From Paecilomyces variotii (Eukaryota), in NCBI GenBank assembly GCA_004022145.1, contig RCNU01000007.1: a stretch of DNA of 64,000 nucleotides; one strand, 5' to 3'. Below, piece after piece: positions 1 to 13,650 of the stretch. Both the position numbers and the translations under genes were made by a program. The number at the start of each line of letters is the position of its first letter. Position 1 is the stretch's first letter. The notes under the pieces are model-generated. The model had not been told where the DNA came from. It saw nothing but the letters and a program-made list of their open reading frames with translations, and did no database searches.

Positions 1-605
1 ATCTACTGGCTGAGTGTCAGTGTCGATATCGCCTGCGAACACCGCCCGATAAGGCCACCTGTCACACAGACTCACAGCATCGTGACTCGAGAAATCGAGA
101 ATTCAGGCGGAGTGGTTTTCATCTCCATCTGCTTTCCACTGGCATCGCACTGGCTTGAGTGAGTTTCTTCTGCTGTCATTTCTTCCATTTTCTCTTCCAT
201 GCTGTTCCCTGTTCCCTTGCGTTCCCGTGGAAAGAGTTTCCGCCCATCTCCACCGCATGGTTGGCAGCGCAGCCACCGTATCGAGTGTTTCCGGGGTATT
301 CACTCTCTGGCTGGCAGTTTGCCGTATTCGAGGTGAATAATACCAAGATACGTGTAACCATACGGTATGCGCCGGCACGGGACTAAGGCAACTAAGGCAA
401 CTAAGGCGGCTCCATGACGACATGAGGCAGAACTGGTGCCAATAATAATAATTAATTATTCTGGCTCAATCCAGAAGCCAAACAGCCAGACGATTATCCC
501 GAATGCCAACTTACTGAATCGAGCATAGGATCGAAATCCTCTCTCCACGGCGGAGATCCACCGTCTTCGCTGGGAAAAAACGGCGGTGGTGGGGAGGATC
601 CGAGG

Positions 606-1919
606 ATGGATAAAACAATCAAAGCGTCCAGCACCACCGCTCCCTCCTCCTATTCCTCCCTCTCCTCGGCGTATCCTTCTTCGATCAGCTCGGTTTCGCC
701 TCCGCGACTCAGTAGTGCCAGTAAGTACTTAGACGATCCCTCTGTTGTTGTTTACTTGCGTATGATTATTATTGTCTCCCAACCCCTCTTTCTCTGCACT
801 GCAGGAGCCAAGTCATCCTATCTCCTGTCGACCCTTCCCATCATGCATATCTCTGCAATAATGGAAATCCGCTGGACGATGGGGAATGCTCTTGTCCTGC
901 TGCGGGCATTCCTTTGCTAACCACTTTCTCCACTGCTAGCACATCTCGTGTCTCCCCCACGTCGACAGCATTCATCGGATCGACTGAAACGCCAGGCCCG
1001 CGAACAGCTTGAGGGCTTGATAAAGAAGCACGGCCATCCCACCATCGTCTGCTCGTCCTCGTCTTTACGGAGCTTGACTTCAACTTCGCCTCCTGGACGT
1101 CCATCCTATCTGCCATCTCCCGAACTTTGTCCGGCTACGACCACCGTTGACGCGGACGACGATACTCTCGGTATTGATTCCGCAGGCACTCGTCCGATTC
1201 CCATCCCCAAGGCGGCTTCCACCCGCGAGCTGGACGACGTCCCTGTCACTCCGTTGACCGGCCGCTTCGACGAAGTACATTTCCTCTACGCGCAGCAGTG
1301 TCCACGCCGCAAAGACCAGAAACTATCCACCAAGAAGCGCACCCGGAGACCTCGAGTCTCCTCGCGAGTGAAGTCCGACCACAAGATGCACAGTGGCGGT
1401 TCGACCCAACTGTACGCACCCGCTACCATGGCGCAGTCCGGTCGCCCGATGTCTTCCCAGAACTCCTCCAAAGGTGCCTCCGGCGTCCCGCTGAGTCTCC
1501 CTCGGTTCCATCCGGCTGTCTATCAGTCCTCGACAGGAGCTCATAGCACGGCTTCGCGACCGTCATCTCCCCACCAACAGAGACCGCAGGCATACCGGAT
1601 GTCGTCTGGTTCTCGAGACACCCTCCGTCAATACCGGGAACTGATCACCAATGGCGTCCTCTCCCGGAATGCTCAAGGAGTCATCACCACCAAGCCGGCG
1701 GCTCCCCGTCTCGATCCGCTCGGTAGCCCGGGACCAGTGACGCCGCTGGTACTCGAGGAAGGAGACAGCTACCTCAGCGCGGGCGCGGCTAATGGCTCAG
1801 AGCAGTCCGGCTCGATGAAGACGCTCGCTCCGTCTCCCGAATTGGTCGAGAAGCTGATTCAGAGAGAAAACGAGCGAATCCGGCTCCAGAAGCAGCGACA
1901 GGAGCTCAAGGGCCGGTGA
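606..1919 (+). CDS. Hypothetical Ser/Pro-rich fungal protein (exons 606-720, 940-1919)
   Basis: ATG at 606, GTAAGT donor at 721, GCTAAC branch and TAG acceptor at 939 join in frame to the 948-1919 ORF; C-terminal PRLDPLGSPGPVTPL motif and coiled-coil-like tail. Confidence 0.75.
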
Positions 1920-3001
1920 GCTGATTGCGATCTGAAAAATTATCTCCTAGTGTCGTCCGGATTGGACGGCTATCTGCAAAGTATTAAAATATACCCGCAG
2001 TATCGGATATTGAGAAGGCATCAGCACCTTCGTATTCCACTGCACGGAGCGTCGCATCATCTTCTTGACCGCTCGTCTCCGACCCCAAAATAGAGCGCTG
2101 TGAACCCAGCCGCAGTGTCTTCTTTTATTCTTAACCTCGCAGCTTCATCACGCTTCTTTCATCTTGCATTTTCGGCGTCTCAATGGGCCGTGTTGTATAC
2201 CACCGGCATCGATCAGACTGATCGTTCTTCTCTGCTTGCAATATATCTATACCCCAGTGTTTCTGCGACGTGTCTATTTGCCGTCGTGTATATGTTTGTA
2301 CGATATCTTTTGGCTCATTGCCAGCCATACATGCCTACAGAGTGGCTCTGAGCGTCAATCGGATTGTATTACCGTGCAGTCTGCTTCCTCTGCAATTATG
2401 CCGTAGACTTGTAGTGAGTATTATTATTATAGATCCCCGTAACTAGGTACATAGTTATGCGACTTGTGCACAATTATTCTGCGTGGTGCAGAAGAAGCTT
2501 CTTGCCTTTCCATCTGGACTCCACTTCCGGAGGGCAGCCCTCGCTCCCCGAACTTTGCGGGGCGGAGCGAAAACGAAGAGCGACGCAGCTCGAGTCATCG
2601 ACCCCCCACCGGAGCCCTGGTCGATAGAAGAATGCGTCTAGGGCTCGGATGGATAATTAATAATAACTGTCGTCTCAATTATTTCTCTTCGTTCGTCCTC
2701 TCTCTTTTCTACCACGATTCAAGGCAGTCTTTCACGATATCCGTCGCTGAACGGTGCCGGAACTCTATTATTTCACGATAGCTCCGACCCCGGACATCAG
2801 ATCGTCAAAGCGTCAGTTGTCGCGATATCGGATCACTTTTCGCCCTCGAACCAGCGCAGGAGTCCTGTGGGGAGTTGGCGGTGGTCTCGGTTGCGCAGGG
2901 ATCGAGATCAATTCGAATAGACGTCGAAAAGATACCTGCTCAGGCCAAAGGTTAGACAGACTGGGTGCGATCGCAGATATATCGTCTGCTGTACGGTTCC
3001 C

Positions 3002-4331
3002 ATGAGTTCCACCAAGGCGACCGTCAGTCCTTCGACGGGCGCGACGGAGCAGCCATTGATTCATGAGAGTGGTAGTGGAAATGCTGCGCCAGAGACGCAG
3101 AGCTCCAAGCGCGATTATAAAGGGTTCGTGGCGGGTGTGTTTTCGGGAATTACCAAGTTGAGTGGTGAGTGTTCTTTCGTTTCTTTCTCATGGTTTCAAT
3201 TGCTTTGTCGCTTTGGAACTGTATCGCTAACGTTTCTTGGATATTACTAGTGGGCCATCCGTATGTTCTCCCTCCTGGATATGCTTCTTGTTCTTGGACG
3301 AAAGCGAGGCAAGCAACTTCTAATCGCGTTGACAGGTTCGATACGATCAAAGTCCGGTTACAGACGACGAAAGATGCGCACTTCAGAGGACCGGTGGACT
3401 GTCTCATGCAGACGCTACGGAAAGAGGGTGTAGCTGGGTTATATAAGGGCGCGACACCACCGCTGGTCGGATGGATGGTCATGGACTCTGTGTGAGTGAG
3501 CTCGTGTCTGAGACGCGCGATCTTTGTGGGAAGCTTGATCTGTCCAGCTGAGGCTGACTGCTATAACTTAGTATGCTCGGTTCTCTCACGCTCTACCGAC
3601 GATTGCTCCTCGAGAACGTCTTCTCGAATCCAAAAATACGCGCGATGACACCATTCAGTAAAAGCCAGCAGGATCTGACTACATTGCCTACTTTCGGACA
3701 GGGCATAGCGGGTATAATGTCCGGGGCTACTGTCAGCTTTGTCGCTGCGCCTGTGGAACACGTAAAGGCTCGGTTACAGATCCAATATGCAGCAGATAAG
3801 AGCAAAAGACTCTACAGTGGGCCAATTGATTGCTGTCGGAAGATCGTATGTCCCCCGAAACAGCTCATCCGAGTGAGAGATGCGTCGACTGTCGACTGAC
3901 CTATTTTGCAGCTCCGCACACACGGTATTAGCGGTCTCTATCGCGGTCTCTGCGCAACGATGTTCTTCCGCTCTTTCTTCTTCTTCTGGTGGGGTTCCTA
4001 CGACATCCTCACCCGGCTCATGAATGAGAAGACAAACCTATCCGCTCCCGTCATCAACTTCTGGGCTGGCGGTATATCGGCGCAGATCTTCTGGGTCGTG
4101 GCCTACCCGTCCGACGTGGTCAAGCAGCGTATCATGACGGATCCGCTAGGCGGCGCGTTGAACGACGGACAGAGGCGATTCCGTCATTGGAAAGACGCCG
4201 CAGTGGCAGTGGCACAGGAGAGGGGATGGAGAGGATACTGGCGAGGATTCGTGCCGTGTTTCCTCAGAGCGTTCCCGGCGAACGCGATGGCCCTTGTGGC
4301 TTTTGAGGGTGTGATGCGATGGCTGCCGTGA
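3002..4331 (+). CDS. Mitochondrial carrier family protein (carnitine/acylcarnitine or YMC1-like subfamily), multi-exon
   Basis: Three PX[DE]XX[KR] carrier signatures (P-FDTIKVRLQ, PVEHVKARLQ, PSDVVKQRIM) and terminal RAFPANA; includes a 10-nt exon at 3251-3260. Confidence 0.92.
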
Positions 4332-5100
4332 TAGCATAGTCGTTGTTATTTTATTTTATTCATGTTAATAGATGTAGACTGTATATTAGCGATATGATGT
4401 GGATATCTCGACCTTCTTTCAGGTCCTGCAGAATAGAAATGAAACTGAAGCCTTGTGCTTATAGAAGTCAAGATATGGTCTATAGTCCTCCGTGTTCTGT
4501 TCTCCTGTCGCATGTCTCGTAACCAAGAAACTGGACCCGCGCTTATGTTTCAGAAACATTCTCCATGGATAACATCTGTTTCTATGGGAATGTACAGTGA
4601 TTATTTATTGCAGAGACAAGTCAACAGTTTCTGCAGGAACGCCGTGCAGGAAAGACAGGAGCATATAATACACATATCAAACAGCAGCTGCCATAAAAGA
4701 CCCGACTGTATAATTAGCAGTCAAACTATCCGATCTCATCGACTGTGGCGTCTGTGGCGGCGGGCGATCTCCCATCCGCATTCGGACAGCCTGGAACTTC
4801 ACCTCCGGCGCGTGGGTCTGAGAACGGGCTTGTCTGTGATCGAGAAGAGTAAATATTCCATTCCTTTCTTTCTCCCATTGCTGGTCTTGGAGCATCCCCG
4901 TCTGCGACTCTATTTTCTTCCTTTTCCGGTGTTTTGATCACGCTATGTTCGGGCCAGAGTCGACGTCTGAACGTGCCAGGTAATCGTCATCTCGCCCGCC
5001 GCGGAACGGGCCAGAGAAGCTGTGATTGAAAAACATCTTTCTGCGAACCTCTCACTCCTTGACATCTACGCTTCCCTCGAAGGGATCCTGACCGGCCACC

Positions 5101-6293
5101 ATGGCCGTCACACGCTCCATACGGCGGACAAGTCCCGTCACCCTCGTCCTGGCCGCCGTGCTCTCGTTCGGGTTCCTGTTCTTCCTCCTGTCGCCGTCAT
5201 CATCCTCCTCGACTGCGACGTCGACAAAATCGCGACAAGACGATGCGGCCGACCACCCTCTCTCACCACCCACAAAGCCGTTCCTGAAGAATCAGGAATA
5301 TCGAAGCAATGGACAGCGGGCGCCCCCGCCAGTCGTACACTACCATATGAACAATCTGACGTCGACGGCGGATCCCCTAGCGAACGGGGAGCGTGTGCTC
5401 ATCTTGACGCCTCTGGCCCGGTTTTATCAGGAATACTGGGATAATCTCGTGCGCCTGTCGTATCCGCATGAACTGATCTCGTTGGGGTTCATCATCCCCA
5501 AGACGAAGGAGGGCAATGCCGCTACCAGCGCATTGCAGGCTGCCATTGCGGCCACACAGTCCGGCCCGATTGATGACCGTTTCGCCAGCGTGTCGATCCT
5601 CCGACAGGACTTTGACCCTCCCATCGCCTCGCAGGATGAGAAGGAACGACACAAGATGGAGAACCAGAAGATCCGTCGCGAGTCGATGAGTCGTGCGCGC
5701 AACAGTCTTCTTTTCACGACGCTGGGACCGAGTACGTCCTGGGTGCTCTGGCTTGATGCGGATATCGTCGAGACGCCCCCGACTCTGATCCAGGATATGG
5801 CCTCACACAACAAGGCGGTGATTGTTCCCAACTGCTTCCAGCGATATTACAACGACGAGAAGAAGAAAATGGATGTTCGCCCCTACGACTACAACTCGTG
5901 GCGCGATAGCGATACTGCCCAGCAACTCGCGGAAAAGATGGGGCCCGATGAAATCCTGCTGGAGGGCTATGCGGAGATGCCGACTTATCGAACATTGATG
6001 GCCTACTTAGCGGACACGAGTGACGAACGCAAGCAGAACAAGGTCATTCCGCTGGACGGTGTGGGTGGAACAGCGCTGTTGGTAAAGGCGGAAGTGCACC
6101 GAGATGGCGCCATGTTCCCTCCGTTCCCTTTTTATCATATGGTTGAGACGGAGGGTTTTGCCAAGATGGCTCGAAGACTCGGCTACGAGTGTTTCGGGTT
6201 GCCCAACTACTTCGTATGTCTCCCTGGCCCTTTTCGATTTCTGAACTAGGTAACTAACTGACACCGAACCAGGTATATCATTATAACGAGTGA
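5101..6293 (+). CDS. mnn9: Mannan polymerase complex subunit Mnn9 (Anp1/GT62 family glycosyltransferase)
   Basis: Type II N-terminal TM; ILRQDF, RARNSLL, WVLWLDAD (DxD), DGVGGT and ETEGFAKMA motifs; intron 6214-6272 yields C-terminus VYHYNE*. Confidence 0.9.
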
Positions 6294-6673
6294 AGCGAAG
6301 TAAAACTCTAGAAATATTTTCTGTTTTCTTATAAGCACCACGGAGGCGTTCCAATTTTGTTTATATACTTCAAGCTTTATGCGCGCTGTGCGCTATTCCT
6401 TTTGCCCATCTGGGTCATATTCGCTTCATCTTTCCACTTCATGAGTGAAATGTGTTGGTATTAGACTTTCCTTTCTTTTGTCGTATCTTATCCGGATCGG
6501 ATACGTGTAGTTTTGATTGTTCCAGTAGTGATGTATCATGCCGGGGGTCCATTTATGGTTTCACAGGATCTAGAAGAAGAAAAACAGGAAATAAAACCAC
6601 CCTCCAACATACATGGAGCCAGCTCCAATCAATTCTAAACATTCGTAAACGAAAACCCCCCAAAAGAGAAAAA

Positions 6674-8509
6674 TTATTCCAAAATCCTCAACCCCCCCTC
6701 TGAAATCCTCCTCATCACCTTCCTCGCCCATCTCACCTCCCTCGCAAAACTCTCATACCCCTTCATCGTATCAATCACAATCCCCAGCGGCGCAGGAAGG
6801 ATTATCGGTCCTAGACCCAGCATCTCTTCTTGCATGCAGTATTCGACGGATTGACATACGTTGCGGGCCATGGATGCGAAGTCTCTTCTGTGATCGAGGG
6901 GTGGGAGGTGGGTTATTAGGAATGTTAGATTGTTAGTGTCAGTATCGTTGGTGTTAGAGTTAGCAGCAGATGTAGGAGGAGTATTAGTGTTGTGGTCTTC
7001 ACGTTCGTGTTCGTTGTTGGAATTGGGATCGATGATGGTTTCTTTAAGGGCGTAAATGAGTCCGTATAGCTGATACAGACCAGACCAGAGCATGGTGAGC
7101 GTAGCCCAGTATAAAATGATTGTTCGAGCGGTTCCGAGATTCGGGAAGTGGAGGGATATTGGGAATAGTGATATATTATTCCAAGCATCATCATCATCGT
7201 CGTCGTCATCGGCATAATCATTATCAGTATCACGTTGACCCTTCCTGTAGATACGGGGTTTTGCGAATTCCGGCCAATACAACGGACCCAACGACGATTT
7301 CTCAAACTGTTCATAAAACGTAGCTAGATCCGCATCCAACTCCCAGCATGAGTGGACGATGCTGAGTGCAATGCGGAGTTTTTCTAGTGGTTCTGCGCCG
7401 TCCAGACGGTCGACGGCTTGGAATGTCGCAGGGCCACGAACGAAGAGGTCGAAGAATTGGTCGAATTCAGTCTTGGGGATGTTTATCCATGGGATGCTGG
7501 TCCATGTGGAGGAAGAGATGTATGAGGGCGAGTGGTGGTGCATGTCTTGTAGGGTCTGTGGTTGGTGTCAGCAGGATAGAAGAATTCTATATGATACCTG
7601 GAGGGAAGATGCTTTGGCGAAATAGGAAAGTGAAGTGAACTCACAGCATGGACTCTAAAGGCTAGAAAAACATGATGTCCTAACCCCCCAATGTGCGCCT
7701 CTGGTCCTCTTAACCTCACTAGTGTTCCTAAGCCGTTACAATGGCTCATATACCCGCTTTTATCCCCCGAGGGACATTCCATCATCTCATACATCGCCAG
7801 TGCCATACACGCAGCTAGGGTTTCGTCTCGATACATCAGTCCTGGGTCCCAGAGGGCTTTCTGCAGCTGGCGCAGCGCGGAGGTGTAGAGTCGTAGACTT
7901 TCTCTGGTGAGGATAGGATCGTTGTTCAATCTACCTAGTTTGGATGTTGCCAGAGCCAAGGTTGATGTTTCCAGTGCCTCGGTGGGAGAAGCCAGCTCGG
8001 GGATGAGTGCTAGCCATGGCGTTCCGAGTGATTGGAGTTGTGAGGGCGGTATGTGGCTGCGTAGATAAGCGTTGAAGAGTTGCTTGCGGTAGGTGACGTG
8101 GAGTAAGCTTCGGTTTGATTCGAGAGTAGATATTTGGTTTCTTGTTCGCGGAGAGGATCTTCTCCCACGGGTATGAGTCGAGAAGAAGGTGATGTTTGAT
8201 TCTTGATATGGGCTCGTTGTCGAGCGAGAAACGGGAGTAGTTGATGCCCCAGGACCATTTATTGAGGTCTCATAGTGTGTCTCTTGAGTTCCTTGATGGA
8301 AGATGAAAATGCGTTTGCGCTGATACCCCGTACAGACGCGGTTTGACTTGATGCATTGCGAACATTGAGGCCGTTGCAAGTCGCACTGGGAAGCATTAGC
8401 CAAACTGCAAGAAAAGGCACTTCTTTCATCAAAATTGGAGGATACATACCGCCACCTTCCTTTTCCTGCATGTATTGCAGGCTTTCGACTTTCCCGCAAC
8501 GCCAACCAT
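6674..8509 (-). CDS. Zn(II)2Cys6 transcription factor with fungal-specific TF domain
   Basis: Spliced N-terminus MVGVAGKSKACNTCRKRKVA|CDLQRPQCSQCIKSNRVC has the six-Cys cluster; downstream YTSALRQLQ...LAACMALAMYE...H..G...L..LRGP motifs. Confidence 0.9.
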
Positions 8510-9185
8510 CGTCTAGATATGTGACCCTCGACTACTTAGTCAACGTACTTGCTGCACGTTCAGTGGTGATCAACCAGGGCAAATGTGATTCATTTCTCAG
8601 AGTACGCCCGAAAGAGATCCATCTTGCGACAAGCCACTGTTAGATAAAGAACTGAAAACTCCCCTGAGGCTCTATCATGCACTACCCCATGTCTCCTCCG
8701 CGGTTTGGCATCCAGACCATGATCGAGCAGCGCAAGGCGAAATTGGCCTCGTATTTTCCCCTGATGAGATCGTGAGCTTTTATTGGCTTCGATGTGAATA
8801 TCCCCCACTAATTCCCCTATTAGGATGCAACTTGCGAATATGCGGGGCGCGCCAGCCACATCGTCTCTTTTAGTGATCCAATCATCTTTGGGAACCACAA
8901 CCTTAAATGGTATGCGCTATCTCAGCAGTCTGAGATAGTTATAGATCCCATCGAAGTTTTTCAGAACAGGTCGGAGGATCTAGAGGGATTTTCTAAGGCT
9001 TACTGTAAAGAGAAGCAATTCTCGAGAATTGAACGAGGCTGAGATTTGACTTGCCCCGAGACCCACGATGGCGTGCATGTCGTTTCACGTATAAGTTAGG
9101 TATATAGATGATGTCCAGCATCTTTGCGAGTCTCTAGAAGTAGCCATTTTCCGAGTTCAATATTCTCGCTTCCCATCTGGCCACC

Positions 9186-10138
9186 ATGTTGCAGGATCGC
9201 TCTAAAGTCGGAATTGCTTTAATCATATTCTACATCCCAGCTGTAATATTAGCAGCCTACCTTCTCTTTCGTCGCCATGGCAGGCCGCGACTGGGGTGGT
9301 ATCTCTTGACTGCCTTCTCGTCAGGTATGAGATGATTCGAAACTGGGAGAATCAAACTGATACAGTTCTTAGTTCGATTTGCTAGCGGAATAGTCATGAT
9401 CGTTTTTGAGAATAATCCAACCGTTGGCCTCACCATTGCGACCATCATCCTACTTTCAGTGGGCGTTGTGCCGCTTATCCTTGCTACCCTTGGCCTGTTG
9501 AGAGTCGCGTAAGTATCCAAGAGCATCGGAGCCATCTATTATTCATTCCTAAGATGAAATTGTCTGATTCCGCCACAGATTCAGTTTGGACTTTGAGCAA
9601 AAACACCTAGTCCACCGTCTCGCCATCTTCGTACGAATCATTTTTGGTGTCGCCATTGCCCTTCTCATCGCTGGGAGCGTCCTGGTCGGAAACTACAAGT
9701 CTCCAAGCTCCGTTCGCCACGGAGATGGACTAGTCAAGGCCGGAAATATCCTCCTGGTCGCCATCCTGGCTGCTCTGATCATGCTTCAGGCTTATATCTG
9801 GAGACAGAGAAGAGGCATTTCGAGAGCTAGCATGACAGTAAGTCGCCCTCCAAATCAGTCACAACCGAACCTCTTACTAACATGATTGATAGATCGTTAA
9901 AGGAAGCGCATCCGCGATGCCGTTCCTGATTGTGCGAGTCGCGTATGCTTTGCTGTCTGTATTTTCAACAAGCCAAAAATGGAATAACCTGACGGGATCC
10001 ATTGCTGCTTTTGTGTGCATGGGATTACTGATGGAATATGTGGTAGTTGGTATTTATATCGGTGTTGGGATTTCGATTCCGCCTGTCGGAAAGGATAAAT
10101 TGAGGGATGGCGATGCTCATGTTGTGCTGACTGCATAG
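9186..10138 (+). CDS. Multi-pass membrane protein (DUF7702/RTA1-like), multi-exon
   Basis: MLQDRSKVGIALIIFYIPAV...; about 7 hydrophobic segments; C-terminal PFLIVRVAYALL...MEYVVVGIY motif. Confidence 0.75.
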
Positions 10139-10685
10139 GTCTGTATTTGGTCATGTGGAGAAATACATGGCTTTCTTCACCGTTGTTTTAGAGTACCTAA
10201 GTACCTACCTGGGTAGGTATATATAGGTAGTCCTCGATTAAATTTCAATTGCAGTGCCCTTATTGGGGACTAACGTGTTGTTTAAACTACCTAATCTTTA
10301 TGGTAATGATGTATACCTGGTAAACTTAAGAAGGCGGTCAGTACAGCAGAATTGTCGAGTACATCTCAGCACATCGACTTTGATTCTTTTTTTCTTCTCC
10401 AGTTTGGGTATTCGAAACCGCCTAAATGGGTACATAGATAATCACTCTACCACTGACCTGGTATATCATTCACGGGGCTTCCGCCATACATCACTGCGGC
10501 TGCCTGCTATAGAAGTCTACGGAATAATCCATTAACTTTACCTACCCCACTAGCATAAATACTCGGTCCAAAACCTTGCTGCAGCTGAAGATTGTAGGAA
10601 CCCCATACCAGTCGACCAAAAAGGAAATCTCCTTGTTAGACTCCCCGGGTCTAACAAATATATTTATCCAGAATATCCTCTCAAT

Positions 10686-11697
10686 ATGGCTGTTGACAGA
10701 GAGTCCCTCCCAGAGTCAGGCGACCTCAGCCAGGGTTTCTTTTATAGAATTAAAAGAGATATACAATCAGCAACCGAATGTATGGAACTGAGGTTTGACA
10801 ATATCCCAGTAGAAGATGGAAGTCTACTGGTAGACTCGCTCTCACAAGACCCAGACATTGAAAGACATAGACCAAGGTAATAATACCCCCAGAAGCGCAA
10901 GAAATTTGTGATCTGTCTAACTGACAATACTCATTAGATTCAGCTATAATTCTTATACTCAAGTCCTGCACATCCTTATCATGCCAACAGAAGTACACGA
11001 CACTCACCAGGACTGGATTGAGGATGAGCGCATTGATATGATGGCTACGGGGTTCCTGAGCTACGCCGAGGGGAAAATCCTCAAGACACGAGTGGGGACA
11101 AGTAAGCCTTTAATCTTATACGCTTCTCTTCTCCATGGTATAACTAACGTTGGATGTATAGCCCTTAGTGCTTTTCAGGGGAGATACGCTGGTTCGCGCA
11201 AGGAACCAGACCTAATGCTGCGATATGATTCAGACCCGCTTCCGAGTTTTGTAATCGAGAGCGGCTGGTCTGAATCCTTACCACGTCTTCGTTCCGATAT
11301 GCGTCTTTGGCTTGTCGGGGGACAGCCAGAAGTCCAGATTGTGATTATATTGAATTGGAAAGATTTCCGACACCACAATCCAACGTATCAAAGGAATATT
11401 CGAGGTCTAGGAGAGAGACTCAGAAAATGTCCCTCACCTAAAGCAAAATGGGGTAAGTGATTAATCTAGCTATCTAGTGAATATTCAAGAATCAGACTGA
11501 TAAAAAAACAATAGCTGATCTTCCCAATTCCAGAAAATCCAGACATACAAACAATCCCTATAACCCGCGCTCAACTCTCTGGTCCAGCTCACCTTCTGCC
11601 AGGAACGAAGGCCAGTGATATATGGCACTTGCGCGTGGATAATTTGCGCGCTTGGGCTACTGAAGCGGTAAGGTGCATGGGTTATGAACCCGTATGA
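10686..11697 (+). pseudogene. Disrupted PD-(D/E)xK (Uma2/REase-like) fungal protein
   Basis: KEPD...PSFVIESGWSES...LWL motif; frameshift near 11360 and in-frame TAG at 11408-11410 before the last intron; last exon LIFPIPENP...GYEPV*. Confidence 0.65.
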
Positions 11698-12528
11698 GTT
11701 GTTCACTCTTTCCTTACATTCGCTAGTCTTCTTTTCAAGCGTTATATTATTGATATTTGAGCTAGATTGAAATTTGATACGTATGGTACGTGCAGGGCGG
11801 AGGTACCCAAGGATATCAAACATTACACAGATAGCAGGATCTTCTGCGCGCTAAACAATGATGACGATAATCTCCGCCAGGTATCTGAAAAGCTATAAAG
11901 AAAATCTATAGAACTTATCAAGAGACTATCAGGAGAAACTGAATGGATGGAAGCTTTATACAGCGCAATTAACGACCTAGTTAAAACCTGCGGGGCTTAC
12001 TTAAGATAGTATGTAATTAAGGTCTGTCCCTGGTATCATTTAACATTTGTTGACTTCTAGTGCTAACTTCTTGGTAGGATTGGCGCGAAGACCTGAAGCC
12101 TCCAGTGAACAGCCCTCTGCCCATAATCTCCCGAAAACGAAACCCGTCACTTAACAGTATTCGATTTGATCGGCAAATAAAAATGTCCTCCGCTGGTATG
12201 ATGTCATTGCATTTTACTATTCAGGACTAGTGTCATGTTTAAGCTATCTTTAGCGTATTGACTACTTACTGTATGTACTTCCTCTCAGGGGAGTATAGAA
12301 TGGATTACCATAATCTTATACGCCTGGTGGGCTTCAGGGGATATTCCAGGACTGGTTTGCGCTATTTATGTTAAAATAGGAGGTTTTAATTTCAGCGAGA
12401 CATGAATAGAAAAAGTAGACTCCGAGTGGTTTTTATTGTCGTTATCTTCAGAATCCCAAAATATCAGAATCTTCCTTGCTAGAACGGACTTTACATCTGA
12501 AATTATCTCTATCCTTCACCCGTCTAAA

Positions 12529-13366
12529 ATGCATCTCGACAATAATGGGAAGCTAGCCATTGTGCAACTTATCTACTATAGTCCCGCCTTGATTGCAAGT
12601 ATTCTCGTTACGAGAAAACAAGGCTTCAGCTACGCTGCAGGATGGCATTATCTGATCGTGCTCTCTGTGCTGCGAATAGTTGGAAACATCCTGCAGATTG
12701 TGGCTGAAAGCCAATCGACACCGAACCTGGAGCTGACTATTACGGCGGCTACGATAGCAGGGGTGGGTTTGTCGCCATTGACGCTGGCTACGATGGGTAT
12801 TCTTCGTCGGATGTATGTGTACCTCTCGCTGTTGTTACTAGTACGAAGAAGTCTGCTCTTTGCTAGTATGTTATTTCTGACGGATTTATGGTTCTAGAAA
12901 TATGCGCATGACCCCGGAATTCGTTTCGCTTCGAGTATTTCGCATAATGTACATCTTCCCCGCGCTGGCTATCGTGTTACTCTCCGCGAGAGGGTCGAAG
13001 ATCAGCTCCCTCCAAGCTAGTACTCGAAAGACCGGGCTCGCGCTTCTCAAGGCGGGCGCTGTGCTATTTCTCGTGACGGCAGTGTTCCTATGTTTCGTCT
13101 CGGCGGCATTTTTAGCTAGGAAATCACGCATTAGGTGCGAAGATAGGAAACTCATGTCTGCTGTTGTTGGGAGTTTGCCGTTTCTGGTTGTGAGGGTTCT
13201 GTATTCGGTTTTTGTGGAGTTTAATTATGATGATCAGGACAGTATTTTCAGTCCGATGGCAGGTGATATTTGGGCTCGTGTATTTATGGAAGCGTTGGAA
13301 GAGTGGGTTATAGTGGCGCTGTATTTGGTGGCTGGTTATGCGTCTCCTCGAGTGGAGAAAAGTTAA
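12529..13366 (+). CDS. Multi-pass membrane protein (DUF7702/RTA1-like), 2 exons; same family as 9186-10138
   Basis: LAIVQLIYYSPAL...GWHYLIVLSVLRIVG...GVGLSPL and PFLVVRVLYS...EEWVIVALY motifs parallel those of 9186-10138. Confidence 0.75.
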
Positions 13367-13650
13367 AGATGTGAGCGTTTATAATTCTTGATGGTATGAT
13401 CAGGGATTATATCGCGGTCTGTTTTCTCGTGTCAATTTGTTGAGTAATGGTTTGTTGGTTAGACAGTGGATAGTGGCTTTGTACCCAACGGCTCGAAGCT
13501 CTCAGTGGGGGACATTGCTGCTACGGCAATACTTTCACGTTGCAGTCATCATCACAGCGCACCATGCAGCTGGAAATCCAGAGCACTGCAATAGAATATG
13601 CGCATAGCTCGATTTGAATCTATCGAGCTTATTCGAGTCACTGGACTCAT

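Noticed and set aside
10202..10219. Short inverted repeat TACCTACC-TG-GGTAGGTA
   Set aside because: Too short, and such TAGGTA-type low-complexity motifs recur in intergenic DNA here
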